Below are positions 28,797-37,908 of a stretch of DNA of 64,000 nucleotides, piece after piece. Source of the DNA: Candidatus Poribacteria bacterium (GTDB lineage: Bacteria > Poribacteria > WGA-4E > PCPOR2b); assembly GCA_965208675.1 (NCBI GenBank), contig OZ242351.1, positions 2,784,001 to 2,848,000 of the forward strand. Reading direction: 5' to 3'. Positions within the stretch are counted from its first letter, which is position 1, and the number at the start of each line of letters is the position of its first letter. The position numbers were made by a program, and so were the translations under genes. The notes beneath the pieces were generated by a model. That model had not been told where the DNA came from, searched no databases, and saw nothing but the letters and a program-made list of their open reading frames with translations.

Positions 28797-29249
28797 ATGC
28801 GGAATGAAACAATGGGAGCAGTAAAACATCACATTGGAATTGCTGTAGTATTGTTCGTAAGTCTTTTTGTGAGTTCGCCTTTCCTCATAATTGAGAGCAA
28901 CCAGACTCGTGCGCATGAAGACTTATTGCAACGTGGCCGGACAAATCAAGCGAGAGGAAATCCGACTTTTGACCGGAATCGTGATTTCTATCGTGTAATC
29001 GTTGAAAATAACCTTTTTCGTCCATTGGGCTGGAGGCCACCCAAACGTGAACCTGAGTACGCACTGGTTGCAACTTGGATTGAATCTGGCGGTGAAACTG
29101 CCAAAGCTCTTCTGGTAGAACGCCGATCTAAAAAAACCTATTACGCGGCTATAGGCGAAAGGGTAGGGAATGCAACAATTGAAAACATCGAATCCAAACG
29201 GGTCGACCTGAAAATTTCGGGCAAGAGAGTCACCCTTAATCTCCCTTGA
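28797..29249 (+). CDS. Hypothetical protein with GspC/PilP-like HR domain
   Basis: Signal/TM segment, NNLFRP, then ALVAT..AKALL..TYY..IGERVGNATIENIESKRVDL..G..VTLNL, resembling the T2SS C-protein homology region. GGAGG RBS before ATG 28797. Confidence 0.6.
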   Translation: MRNETMGAVKHHIGIAVVLFVSLFVSSPFLIIESNQTRAHEDLLQRGRTNQARGNPTFDRNRDFYRVIVENNLFRPLGWRPPKREPEYALVATWIESGGETAKALLVERRSKKTYYAAIGERVGNATIENIESKRVDLKISGKRVTLNLP

Positions 29250-29479
29250 GAGCATTTCATTGATTTGAGAAGATTCACTGATTAAGCGATGGTCTAGGCG
29301 ATCCAATCATGGCGCCGAGACGTCCCGAAGTAATCCGGTATAGATAAACTGAAATCTAGGGTAAACACCGGTAAAATCGTAGGGAAGTGGTCTCAGTTCG
29401 CGAGAAGAATGTCGTAATGATACACCAGAAAGTCGCCAGCAGCTTATTTCATTTCGTAAGTTGCAGTAATGACAACGAT

Positions 29480-30517
29480 ATGAAAACACCAAATCAAATC
29501 TCCATTATCACACCCGTATTCAACGAATCTGTAACCCTTAAAATCCTCTATCATCAGTTTCGAGATGTGATGCGGGAAAATGGGGCGCCGTATGAAATAA
29601 TTTTCGTGGACGATGGCAGCACAGATGGTTCTTTTGACATCATGGAGGAGATTTATAACTACCATCTAGAAGGGGCGTCAAGGGTGTCGGATACCGCATG
29701 CCCTTCAAGTCCAGAATATGAGGAACCTCTCGTTAGAGATTCGACAAAGATGCCATCTGAAGTCATCGTCATCCAGTTTCGGCGCAATATGGGCAAGGCG
29801 ACCGCTTTGGCAGCGGGGTTTACGCGTGCAAGGGGAGATGTTGTCATCACGATTGATGCCGATCTGCAAGACGACCCGAGCGAAATTCCAACCTTGTTGG
29901 CGAAAATCGAGGATGGTTACGATGTCGTATCCGGTTGGAAAATCAACCGACGGGATTCGTGGTCCAAAGTGCTGCTCTCACGAATCTTCAATCGGGTGGT
30001 CTGTTGGTGTACACATCTGAACCTCCACGACGTCAACTGTGGGTTCAAAGCCTATAGACGCCAAGTGATTGAGGAACTCTTGGTTTACGGCGATCGACAT
30101 CGTTATTTGCCGATTTTAGCTCACCAAAACGGCTTTCGGGTCGCGGAAGTGCCGGTGAAGCATCATCCACGGCATTATGGCAAATCGAAATACGGCCTTG
30201 GACGTATTCCCCGCGGCTTTATGGATTTGTTGACCATTCTTTTTCTCAATCGATACTTGAAACGGCCTCTCCACTTCTTTGGGGTACTGGGGTTCCTATG
30301 CCTATTCACCGGCACAGGTATAAATACTTACCTTGCGATACTATGGTTGATTCAAAAGGGCATCGGATTTCGTCCCCTGCTTATGCTGGGTATTCTGTTA
30401 ATGATCGTGGGGTTGCAATTTTTCTCCATCGGCTTTTTGGGTGAGATGTTCACCAACGCCTTTGAGCGTTTAGATCGCCGCTACCCTATCAAAAGAGTGT
30501 TAGAAGGACAAAAATAG
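29480..30517 (+). CDS. Polyprenol-phosphate glycosyltransferase (GT2, ArnC/GtrB/DPM1-like)
   Basis: PVFNE, VDDGSTD, IDADLQDDP, NCGFKAYR, HRYLP and G.SKY motifs with two C-terminal TM helices. Carries a ~30-aa insertion. Confidence 0.9.
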   Translation: MKTPNQISIITPVFNESVTLKILYHQFRDVMRENGAPYEIIFVDDGSTDGSFDIMEEIYNYHLEGASRVSDTACPSSPEYEEPLVRDSTKMPSEVIVIQFRRNMGKATALAAGFTRARGDVVITIDADLQDDPSEIPTLLAKIEDGYDVVSGWKINRRDSWSKVLLSRIFNRVVCWCTHLNLHDVNCGFKAYRRQVIEELLVYGDRHRYLPILAHQNGFRVAEVPVKHHPRHYGKSKYGLGRIPRGFMDLLTILFLNRYLKRPLHFFGVLGFLCLFTGTGINTYLAILWLIQKGIGFRPLLMLGILLMIVGLQFFSIGFLGEMFTNAFERLDRRYPIKRVLEGQK

Positions 30518-30526
30518 GGTGAAAAT

Positions 30527-31501
30527 GTGATATCCATCATTATTCCGACCTACAATCGAAAAGATGAGCTAGAAGACTTACTCCCCTCGCTCAGACAGCA
30601 GGAGTGTTCTTGTTCCTTTGAAATTATCGTTGTCGATGATGGCTCAACGGATGGGACATGCGAACTACTAAAAAACCTAGCCGAAGACTGGAAAGGGAGG
30701 TTGCGGTTTCTTAAGCAAAATCGTGCTGGTCCGGGAGCTGCGAGGAATTTGGGAATAAAACACGCTCACGGCGATATCTTAGTCTTTGTCGATTCAGATT
30801 GCATTGCGCCTTTCGGCTGGCTGGACAATCTGACCTCGGTTTTCGACAAACCGCAAGTTGGAGCGGTTGGCGGCTCTGAGTTGGCACCAATTGATGATTG
30901 TTTACTTCGAAGGTGCCAGAGTTACGTAATGACTGCTTTCCTCACCACCGGCGGGCTGCGAGGGAAAAAGGGAAAGAAACTTGGCGTCTATTATCCGCGT
31001 GGTTTTAATATGGCTGTCAGAAAGTGCGCCGTCGACGCCGTCGGAGGAGTTCCCAATCGATTCCATGGGGAAGATATTCTCCTAAGTTTAAAGGTGAAGC
31101 AGATAGGTTACACCCTCGAATATGTACCGGATGCAGCAATTTATCATCACAGGCGTGCAACGGTGAGCCAATATTTTAGGCAACTGTACCGGATGGGAAA
31201 GGCGAGAGTCGAAATGATCCATCTGCACAAATCCTTATTGGAACCCGTATACACGTTGCCGGCAATTGCGTTACTGCTTGCCATTCTACTAGTCTGTGGA
31301 GCGATATTCTCTGAAACGCTTTTTAAGGTTGTTGGGGGAGGTATGATAATAACGACACTGTTTCTTACTGCTGTCGGCATTGATAGTGCAACCCGTCTGA
31401 AAACCGTGAAGGCTTTTGCGATTGTGCCCTTTCTGTTTATGATACAACAGACAGCATATGGGTTAGGAACAATCGTCGCTGCATTTAGGAGACAAGCATG
31501 A
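30527..31501 (+). CDS. GT2 family glycosyltransferase
   Basis: IIIPTYNR, VDDGSTD, GPGAARN, FVDSD and GED motifs with C-terminal TM segments. Confidence 0.9.
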   Translation: MISIIIPTYNRKDELEDLLPSLRQQECSCSFEIIVVDDGSTDGTCELLKNLAEDWKGRLRFLKQNRAGPGAARNLGIKHAHGDILVFVDSDCIAPFGWLDNLTSVFDKPQVGAVGGSELAPIDDCLLRRCQSYVMTAFLTTGGLRGKKGKKLGVYYPRGFNMAVRKCAVDAVGGVPNRFHGEDILLSLKVKQIGYTLEYVPDAAIYHHRRATVSQYFRQLYRMGKARVEMIHLHKSLLEPVYTLPAIALLLAILLVCGAIFSETLFKVVGGGMIITTLFLTAVGIDSATRLKTVKAFAIVPFLFMIQQTAYGLGTIVAAFRRQA

Positions 31502-32415
31502 AGGACTACTCTTTACCAGCGGGAAATTTGAAAACCACTAATCGGTTGGAGGGCGGAACTCGCCTTGGGGGCAATTTCGACAGAGAGTTGAACGATGATA
31601 ATCCGCTTGTGAGCATTATTACGATTTGCCTTAATTCAGAGAAAACCCTTGCGCAAACCATCCAATCGGTAATTAACCAGACCTACAATCCCATTGAATA
31701 TCTTATTATCGATGGCGGCTCAACGGATAGCACCTTGGATATCATAAGAAAATACGATGACCAAATTGATTATTGGCTGAGTGAACCTGACGATGGGACC
31801 TCCCATGCGATAAACAAGGGACTACAGTTGAGCCGCGGCGAGCTGATTGGCATTTTGTGTGCCGATGACTTCTATGAACAAGATGCGGTGCAAACTATAA
31901 TCGGAAATTATTCAGCCGATACACCGAAAATCTATCACGGCAATATGACGCGAATTGATGTCCAAACAGGGGAGAAAACATTCATCGTAAAGCCGCCCGA
32001 TGACCTAGAAAGGTTGTTCCAAGGCTGCGTGGTTAATACAGCCACCGCTTTTGTAGATCGCCGAGTTTTCGAAAAACATAGTTTGTTTGACCATCGCTAT
32101 AAATTAGCAAATGACCACGAGTTTCTGCTACGGGTATTTTTGGCAGGCGTGGAATTCGAATACATCCCAAGAAATATAACCTTCATGCGTGATGGCGGGA
32201 TGAGCCAGAAGAATTATATTCGGGCTAGTCGCGAACGCTTTAACTTGTCCGTCTATTACGGTTACGCGGTTCCAAAAGCCCTTTTTGTATTTCTAGCTAC
32301 GTTCCTTAAAAAGGCAGTTGAACGTCGAATTGCGAAGTGGTGTCCCTTCTTGCTAAAACCGTACTGTAGTTTTAAGTTCTTGTCACTAAAGAGTAGCATG
32401 TGGCACGGCAATTGA
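31498..32415 (+). CDS. GT2 family glycosyltransferase (WcaE/WfgS-like)
   Basis: IIDGGSTD, SEPDDG..AINKG, LCADD and GGMS motifs. Confidence 0.88.
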   Translation: MKDYSLPAGNLKTTNRLEGGTRLGGNFDRELNDDNPLVSIITICLNSEKTLAQTIQSVINQTYNPIEYLIIDGGSTDSTLDIIRKYDDQIDYWLSEPDDGTSHAINKGLQLSRGELIGILCADDFYEQDAVQTIIGNYSADTPKIYHGNMTRIDVQTGEKTFIVKPPDDLERLFQGCVVNTATAFVDRRVFEKHSLFDHRYKLANDHEFLLRVFLAGVEFEYIPRNITFMRDGGMSQKNYIRASRERFNLSVYYGYAVPKALFVFLATFLKKAVERRIAKWCPFLLKPYCSFKFLSLKSSMWHGN

Positions 32416-32468
32416 GAACTAAAACTATTTTGTAAAGTTTCAATCCCCACTGAAAAGGGCGCCGATTA

Positions 32469-33404
32469 ATGACGCACGTTTTGGTAACTGGAGGCGCCGG
32501 TTACATTGGTACCATTCTTTGCGAACACCTTCTAGCTGAAGGTTACCGCGTGAGCGTCCTCGACAACCTGATGTACCGTCATGGTAGCCTCTTCCACCTC
32601 TGTGTCCATAAAGCCTTCGATTTCGTTAAGGGAGATGTACGAGATGAAGAGTTCATGCGCCGTCTTATGAAGGACGCCGATGTGCTCATCCCACTTGCAG
32701 CGGTTGTCGGGGCGCCCACCTGCGACCGCGATCCATGGTTGGCACAGTCAGTGAATCTGGAGGCGGTGCGGACGCTTAATCGACTCAGATCTTCCCAGCA
32801 GTTGGTTATCTTTCCTACGACGAACAGCGGCTACGGGACGCAGTCCGGCGAGACATATTGTACAGAAGACACACCGCTGCAGCCGATTTCGCTCTACGGT
32901 CAGACAAAGGTGCAGGCGGAGATGGAGATACTCGACAGCCCCAACAGTATTACATTGCGTCTTGCAACGGTGTTCGGTATGTCGTCCCGTATGCGTCTGG
33001 ACTTGCTGGTGAACCATTTCGTCTATGCAGCGGTCACGGACGGCTATATCGTCATCTTTGAAAAGGATTTCAAGCGCAACTATCTCCACGTCCGTGACGC
33101 GGCGGATTGTTTTATTCACTGCATTAAGAATGCGGAGTTGATAGTGGGACGCCCATACAACGTGGGATTAGATAATGCCAATCTATCGAAGATGGAACTG
33201 GCGTTGAAGATTAAGGAACACGTACCGAAATTCTATCTTCACTTCTCGGAAATTGGCAGCGACCCGGACAAACGAAACTACATCGTTTCCAACCAGCGGT
33301 TGCGTGATGCCGGATTTGAGGCGCGGCGCTCACTGGACGATGGGATAGAAGAGTTGCTGAAAGGGTATCGCATGTTGGGGCGGGCGCCTTTCAAAAATGT
33401 CTAA
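32469..33404 (+). CDS. NAD-dependent epimerase/dehydratase (extended SDR)
   Basis: VTGGAGYIG, YxxxK (YGQTK), RLATVFG and RLDLLVN motifs. Confidence 0.9.
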   Translation: MTHVLVTGGAGYIGTILCEHLLAEGYRVSVLDNLMYRHGSLFHLCVHKAFDFVKGDVRDEEFMRRLMKDADVLIPLAAVVGAPTCDRDPWLAQSVNLEAVRTLNRLRSSQQLVIFPTTNSGYGTQSGETYCTEDTPLQPISLYGQTKVQAEMEILDSPNSITLRLATVFGMSSRMRLDLLVNHFVYAAVTDGYIVIFEKDFKRNYLHVRDAADCFIHCIKNAELIVGRPYNVGLDNANLSKMELALKIKEHVPKFYLHFSEIGSDPDKRNYIVSNQRLRDAGFEARRSLDDGIEELLKGYRMLGRAPFKNV

Positions 33405-33471
33405 AAGGGAGAGATTCCCCTCTGACAAGCTTACGATTACCCACACGTCCAGAAATTCGCACGGAGCCACG

Positions 33472-33526
33472 CTGTGGGAGGGAAATCCTTCTCCCGATTA
33501 TCGAGGCAGGGATGCCTCTCCCACAG
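33472..33526. repeat. 55-bp REP/REPIN-like palindromic element, copy 1
   Basis: CTGTGGGAGGG...CTCTCCCACAG. A related 55-bp copy lies at 39195-39249. Confidence 0.7.
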
Positions 33527-33631
33527 TAAGGACGCCTTGTCGGTTCTATCATAATCATTCCCCTCCTTACCAAGGAGGATCAACTGACCGAATAGGGAAG
33601 GCGATAGTTTTTATAGTTATTCCTAGTTCGT

Positions 33632-33667
33632 GTAGGTTGGGTTGAGCAGGCGAGCGTAACCCAACCT
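33632..33667. repeat. GTAG-type REP hairpin
   Basis: GTAGGTTGGGTT-loop-AACCCAACCT. Confidence 0.6.
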
Positions 33668-33721
33668 TCGCGGATTCTTAAGAATATCTAAAAGAAACGA
33701 GAATTAAGGGACAGACAGCCG

Positions 33722-34774
33722 ATGATTATCAGCAGAACCCCGTTTCGAATCTCTTTTTTCGGCGGCGGGACGGACTATCCGGCGTGGTATCTCCAACACG
33801 GCGGTGCGGTGCTCGCCACCACAATTGACAAATACTGCTATCTCACATGTCGATACCTCCCCCCGTTCTTCGAGCATCGTATCCGAATTGTCTACTCCCA
33901 AATCGAAAATTGCCAGAACGTGGACGAGATTCGCCACCCCGCCGTCCGCGAAGGCTTACGGCATGTGAACCTCGATTGTGGGGTAGAGATTCACCATGAT
34001 GGAGATTTGCCTGCACGAAGCGGGATGGGGTCGAGTTCCGCGTTCACGGTCGGGCTTCTGCATGCGCTGTACGCCCTCAAAGGGCAGATGCTTGGCAAGT
34101 ACCAACTGGCGAAAGAAAGTATCTACATTGAGCAGGAACAACTCAATGAAGCAGTTGGGTGTCAGGATCAGCTGCTCGCCGCTTATGGTGGGTTAAACCA
34201 TATCTCTTTTTTTCAAAATGGAAAATTCTCTATCGTGCCAATCACCGTTCGTCCAGAGCGTATACAGGATCTAAATTCCCATCTCATGCTGTTCTACACC
34301 GGCGTCAAGCGAACGGCTTCGGATATCGCCCGCAGTTACGATTTAGAGGGTAAACAACAGCAGTTGTGCATCATGAGGGATTTGGTGGAAGAGGGAATTC
34401 TAATTCTGAACAGTGAATCGGACATTACTGCATTTGGAGAATTGTTGCACGAAGCTTGGCAGGTCAAGCGCACATTGAGTCCAAAGGTCTCCAATTCACG
34501 TGTGGATGAACTTTACAATCGTGCACGTTCAGTGGGTGCTATCGGCGGCAAGCTGACGGGTGCTGGCGGCGGCGGATTCATGCTGCTTTTTGTGCCCCCC
34601 GACGGACAAGAAAAGGTAAAGGAGGCGTTTAGCAAACTAATCCATGTGCCGTTTCGATTTGAATCGTCAGGCAGCCAGATTATCTTTTTTAATCCCGAAG
34701 AGAATTATGCCGCTGAAGCGCAAGCGCGCGCCACTCAGCCGATTCAACCTTTTCAAGAGTTAGCTCACCTTTAG
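33722..34774 (+). CDS. hddA: GHMP sugar kinase, D-glycero-D-manno-heptose-7-phosphate kinase-like
   Basis: MIISRTPFRISFFGGGTD, PARSGMGSSS, G.QDQ..AAYGG and GAGGGGF motifs. Confidence 0.85.
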   Translation: MIISRTPFRISFFGGGTDYPAWYLQHGGAVLATTIDKYCYLTCRYLPPFFEHRIRIVYSQIENCQNVDEIRHPAVREGLRHVNLDCGVEIHHDGDLPARSGMGSSSAFTVGLLHALYALKGQMLGKYQLAKESIYIEQEQLNEAVGCQDQLLAAYGGLNHISFFQNGKFSIVPITVRPERIQDLNSHLMLFYTGVKRTASDIARSYDLEGKQQQLCIMRDLVEEGILILNSESDITAFGELLHEAWQVKRTLSPKVSNSRVDELYNRARSVGAIGGKLTGAGGGGFMLLFVPPDGQEKVKEAFSKLIHVPFRFESSGSQIIFFNPEENYAAEAQARATQPIQPFQELAHL

Positions 34775-34846
34775 AAGGAGGGGACGGATGGCGGTGTAAA
34801 CATCCCGCAGTCTTCCACACATTGTAGGTGGTAAAGGAGAGATTTC

Positions 34847-35854
34847 ATGGGTCAAGTTCGGACCGTTCGCCGTGTCCTGATTACCGGAGTTAGAGGTTCT
34901 GGCGGCAGCTACTTGGCGGAGTATATTGCCGCCAATCACGCAGATATTGAAGTCCACGGCATCTCCCGTTGGCACAGCACCACAACCGATCACCTCTCAG
35001 CCATTAGTGACCGCGTGACCCTCCATGAAGCCGACCTGTTGGATTTCAGTTCGGTTCTGGCGGTGCTGCAGGATTCTCAAGCGGATGCCATCTTTCACCT
35101 AGCGGCGCACGCTAATGTCCGCGCCTCATTTATCACACCAAACACCGTATTGAGCAACAATGTACTGGGCACCAGCAATCTTTTGGAAGCGGTGAGGATG
35201 GCGCGGCTCGATCCTATTATTCAGTTGTGCAGTAGTTCAGAGGTATACGGTGTAGTGGATTCTACGGCCGTGCCAATCACGGAAGATGCGCCGTTGCGGC
35301 CGGCGAGTCCTTATGCGGTTTCGAAGGTGGCTCAAGATCTGCTGGGCTGGACCTATTTTACCAGTTACGACATGCGCATCATACGCACGCGTATGTTTAC
35401 CTATCTGAATCCGAGGCGCACCGACTTGTTTGCGACTGCTTTTGCAAAACAGGTCGCGTGGATTGAACGCGGACTACAGAAGGAACTGGTGCATGGCAAC
35501 CTGAATTCGGTCCGCACCATCGTTGATGTGCGGGATGCCATGCGGGCATATTGGGAATCAATTCTGCACTGCAAACCCGGCGAAGTCTACAACATTGGGG
35601 GCGCCACTTCTATGACAGTTGGCGAGTTTCTGGAACGTCTAGTTGTTTTGAGTGACGTGCCGATTCCAAGACGCTGCGCAGCGCACCTACTTCGACCGGC
35701 AGATGTGACGCTTCAAATCCCCTGCGTTGATAAATTCGTGGAGGCGACCGGTTGGCAGCCGGTACACACTTTTGAGGAAAGCCTTGCGGGTTTGCTTGCG
35801 TATTGGCGGCGGGAAGCGGACAAGGTTGTGCACCAAGCTTCAGTAATGGGATAA
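34847..35854 (+). CDS. GDP-sugar 4,6-dehydratase-like SDR (Gmd/WcbK/DmhA group)
   Basis: ITGVRGSGGSYL, FHLAA, SSSEVYG, SPYAVSK, GNL.S.R...DVRD and LRPADV motifs. Confidence 0.82.
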   Translation: MGQVRTVRRVLITGVRGSGGSYLAEYIAANHADIEVHGISRWHSTTTDHLSAISDRVTLHEADLLDFSSVLAVLQDSQADAIFHLAAHANVRASFITPNTVLSNNVLGTSNLLEAVRMARLDPIIQLCSSSEVYGVVDSTAVPITEDAPLRPASPYAVSKVAQDLLGWTYFTSYDMRIIRTRMFTYLNPRRTDLFATAFAKQVAWIERGLQKELVHGNLNSVRTIVDVRDAMRAYWESILHCKPGEVYNIGGATSMTVGEFLERLVVLSDVPIPRRCAAHLLRPADVTLQIPCVDKFVEATGWQPVHTFEESLAGLLAYWRREADKVVHQASVMG

Positions 35855-35897
35855 CGGTAGGTATATCAACAATCAGGAAGCGGACGAAGAAAAGACC

Positions 35898-36839
35898 ATG
35901 GTTGAGAATTTTTATCGTGCGTTATATCGGATTCGACGGGTAGAGGAAGAGATCGCTAGAATCTACCCTATCGACAAAATCAAAAGTCCCATACACCTAT
36001 CAATTGGTCAAGAGGCGGTATCTGTCGGGGTTTGCGAGGCGCTGCAACCGAGCGACGTTGTTTTCGGCACTTACAGAAGCCATGCGCTCTACTTGGCGAA
36101 GGGCGGGGATTTGAAGAAAATGATTGCCGAATTGTACGGCAAGGTTACGGGCTGTGCAAGAGGAAAAGGGGGTTCGATGCACCTAATTCACACCGCCGCT
36201 GGGTTCATGGGCACTTCCGCCGTTGTGGGAACAACTATCCCGCTGGCGGTCGGGTATGCCTATGCTTTGAAACTAGATGGTAAAGACAGCATCGTAGCTA
36301 GTTTTTTCGGGGATGGCGCGGTTGAAGAAGGGGTTTTCCATGAGAGTCTGAACTTTGCAGGACTCAAGAGCGTCCCTGTCCTCTTCATCTGCGAAAACAA
36401 CGGCTATGCTATCAATTCGCATCAGTCCAAGCGCCAGCCGATGGACAACATCTGCGATCGTGCGCGCGTATATGGGATGCCCGCGGAACGAATTGAGGAT
36501 AGTGATGTTTTCGAGATTTACGAACGGGTGAAGCGCGCGAGCGACGAGATTCGGAATGGAAGGCAAGGCCCCAGATTCTTCGAGTGTATGACATATCGGT
36601 GGAGGGAACACGTGGGACCTAATGAAGACTTCGATGCAGGCTACCGCTCCAGAAGCGAGGCGGAACCCTGGTTCGAGAGTGACCCGCTCAAAACCATCGG
36701 CGCGGGCTTGGATCCCGGCACGCGCGGACAAATTGAAGCGGATGTGCTAGCGGAAATCAATGAAGCATTTAAGTTTGCTGAACACAGTCCATTTCCCGAT
36801 GACGGCGAACTTTACGCCGATGTGTTCGCGGAGGCTTAG
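35898..36839 (+). CDS. TPP-dependent dehydrogenase E1 alpha-like subunit
   Basis: HLSIGQEA, GKGGSMH, GDGA..EG...E..N TPP motif and YRWREHVG. Confidence 0.9.
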   Translation: MVENFYRALYRIRRVEEEIARIYPIDKIKSPIHLSIGQEAVSVGVCEALQPSDVVFGTYRSHALYLAKGGDLKKMIAELYGKVTGCARGKGGSMHLIHTAAGFMGTSAVVGTTIPLAVGYAYALKLDGKDSIVASFFGDGAVEEGVFHESLNFAGLKSVPVLFICENNGYAINSHQSKRQPMDNICDRARVYGMPAERIEDSDVFEIYERVKRASDEIRNGRQGPRFFECMTYRWREHVGPNEDFDAGYRSRSEAEPWFESDPLKTIGAGLDPGTRGQIEADVLAEINEAFKFAEHSPFPDDGELYADVFAEA

Positions 36840-36840
36840 T

Positions 36841-37908
36841 ATGGAGCGTGTGTTGACTTACGCCGAAGCGATTCGCGAGGCGACTGAAAACGAAATGGCG
36901 CGAGATTCGTCGGTCATGGTGTTTGGCATCGGCGTCGACGATTTCAAGGGGATTTACGGTACCACAACGGGGCTGGTTGAAAAATTCGGAACTGACCGTG
37001 TTGTAGATACGCCGATTTCCGAGGACGCTATGACGGGGGTTGCCATCGGCGCCGCGCTCGCCGGATTGCGTCCGATTCACGTTCATATCCGCATGGACTT
37101 TCTCCTTTTAGCCATGAATCAACTGGTGAACATCGCCGCCAAAAGCCGATATATGTACGGCGGTGCGGTCTGTGTGCCCATCGTTGTTCGTGCCATTATT
37201 GGAAGAAGTTGGGGGCAAGGGGCACAGCACTCTCAAGGACTTCACTCATTCTTTATGCACGTTCCGGGCATTAAAGTAGTAGCGCCCAGCACACCCTACG
37301 ACGCGAAAGGTTGCTTGATTCAAAGTATCCGGGACGATAATCCGGTGGTGTTTGTGGAGCACCGCCTGATTTACTATCAGAAGGGACACGTACCAGAGGT
37401 GGACTACACTATTCCCTTCGGTCAAGCGCGGGTGCTGGCGGAAGGGCGTGACATTACACTCGTCGGTATTTCGCATATGGCTGTGGAGTGCATAGGTGCT
37501 GAGCGATACCTCCATGACATGGGCCTCTGCGCTGAAGTCATTGACCCGGTGTCATTAAGCCCCCTGGACATAGATACGATTATCGCCTCTGTTGAAAAAA
37601 CCGGGAAACTCCTCGTTGTTGACACTGCCTGGACAACCTGCGGTGCCAGCGCGGAAATTATAGTGCAGGTCACAGAACAGCTAGGCAATGCGAAAACGGA
37701 ATGCCGCCGGATGGGGTTTGCGCCTGTGACTTGTCCAACCACAAAAAATCTGGAGAATCACTTTTACCCGGACGCAAAGAAGATAGCAACTGCGGCGTAC
37801 CGTTTGGTTAACGGCAATGGCGCATCTCGGGTTTTCGATAGAGCGACCGATATTTCAAGTCCAAGTGAGACTTCGGCAGAATCCTTCGAATTCAGGGGAC
37901 CATTCTAA
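36841..37908 (+). CDS. TPP-dependent dehydrogenase E1 beta-like subunit
   Basis: DTPISE, GAQHSQ, PSTPYDAKG and DNPVVFVEH motifs. ATG 36841 directly follows the alpha subunit. Confidence 0.9.
   Translation: MERVLTYAEAIREATENEMARDSSVMVFGIGVDDFKGIYGTTTGLVEKFGTDRVVDTPISEDAMTGVAIGAALAGLRPIHVHIRMDFLLLAMNQLVNIAAKSRYMYGGAVCVPIVVRAIIGRSWGQGAQHSQGLHSFFMHVPGIKVVAPSTPYDAKGCLIQSIRDDNPVVFVEHRLIYYQKGHVPEVDYTIPFGQARVLAEGRDITLVGISHMAVECIGAERYLHDMGLCAEVIDPVSLSPLDIDTIIASVEKTGKLLVVDTAWTTCGASAEIIVQVTEQLGNAKTECRRMGFAPVTCPTTKNLENHFYPDAKKIATAAYRLVNGNGASRVFDRATDISSPSETSAESFEFRGPF

Noticed and set aside
32401-32416. sigma54-like TGGCACGGCAATTGAG before the epimerase
   Set aside because: The -12 element is GA rather than GC, and it lies within the end of a CDS.
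33397-33645. 82-aa ORF in the glycan cluster gap
   Set aside because: It is made largely of palindromic repeat elements and has no protein-like features.
35898-37908. Central-metabolism pyruvate or acetoin dehydrogenase
   Set aside because: No E2/E3 or lipoyl genes are adjacent, and the pair is embedded in and coupled to a nucleotide-sugar operon.
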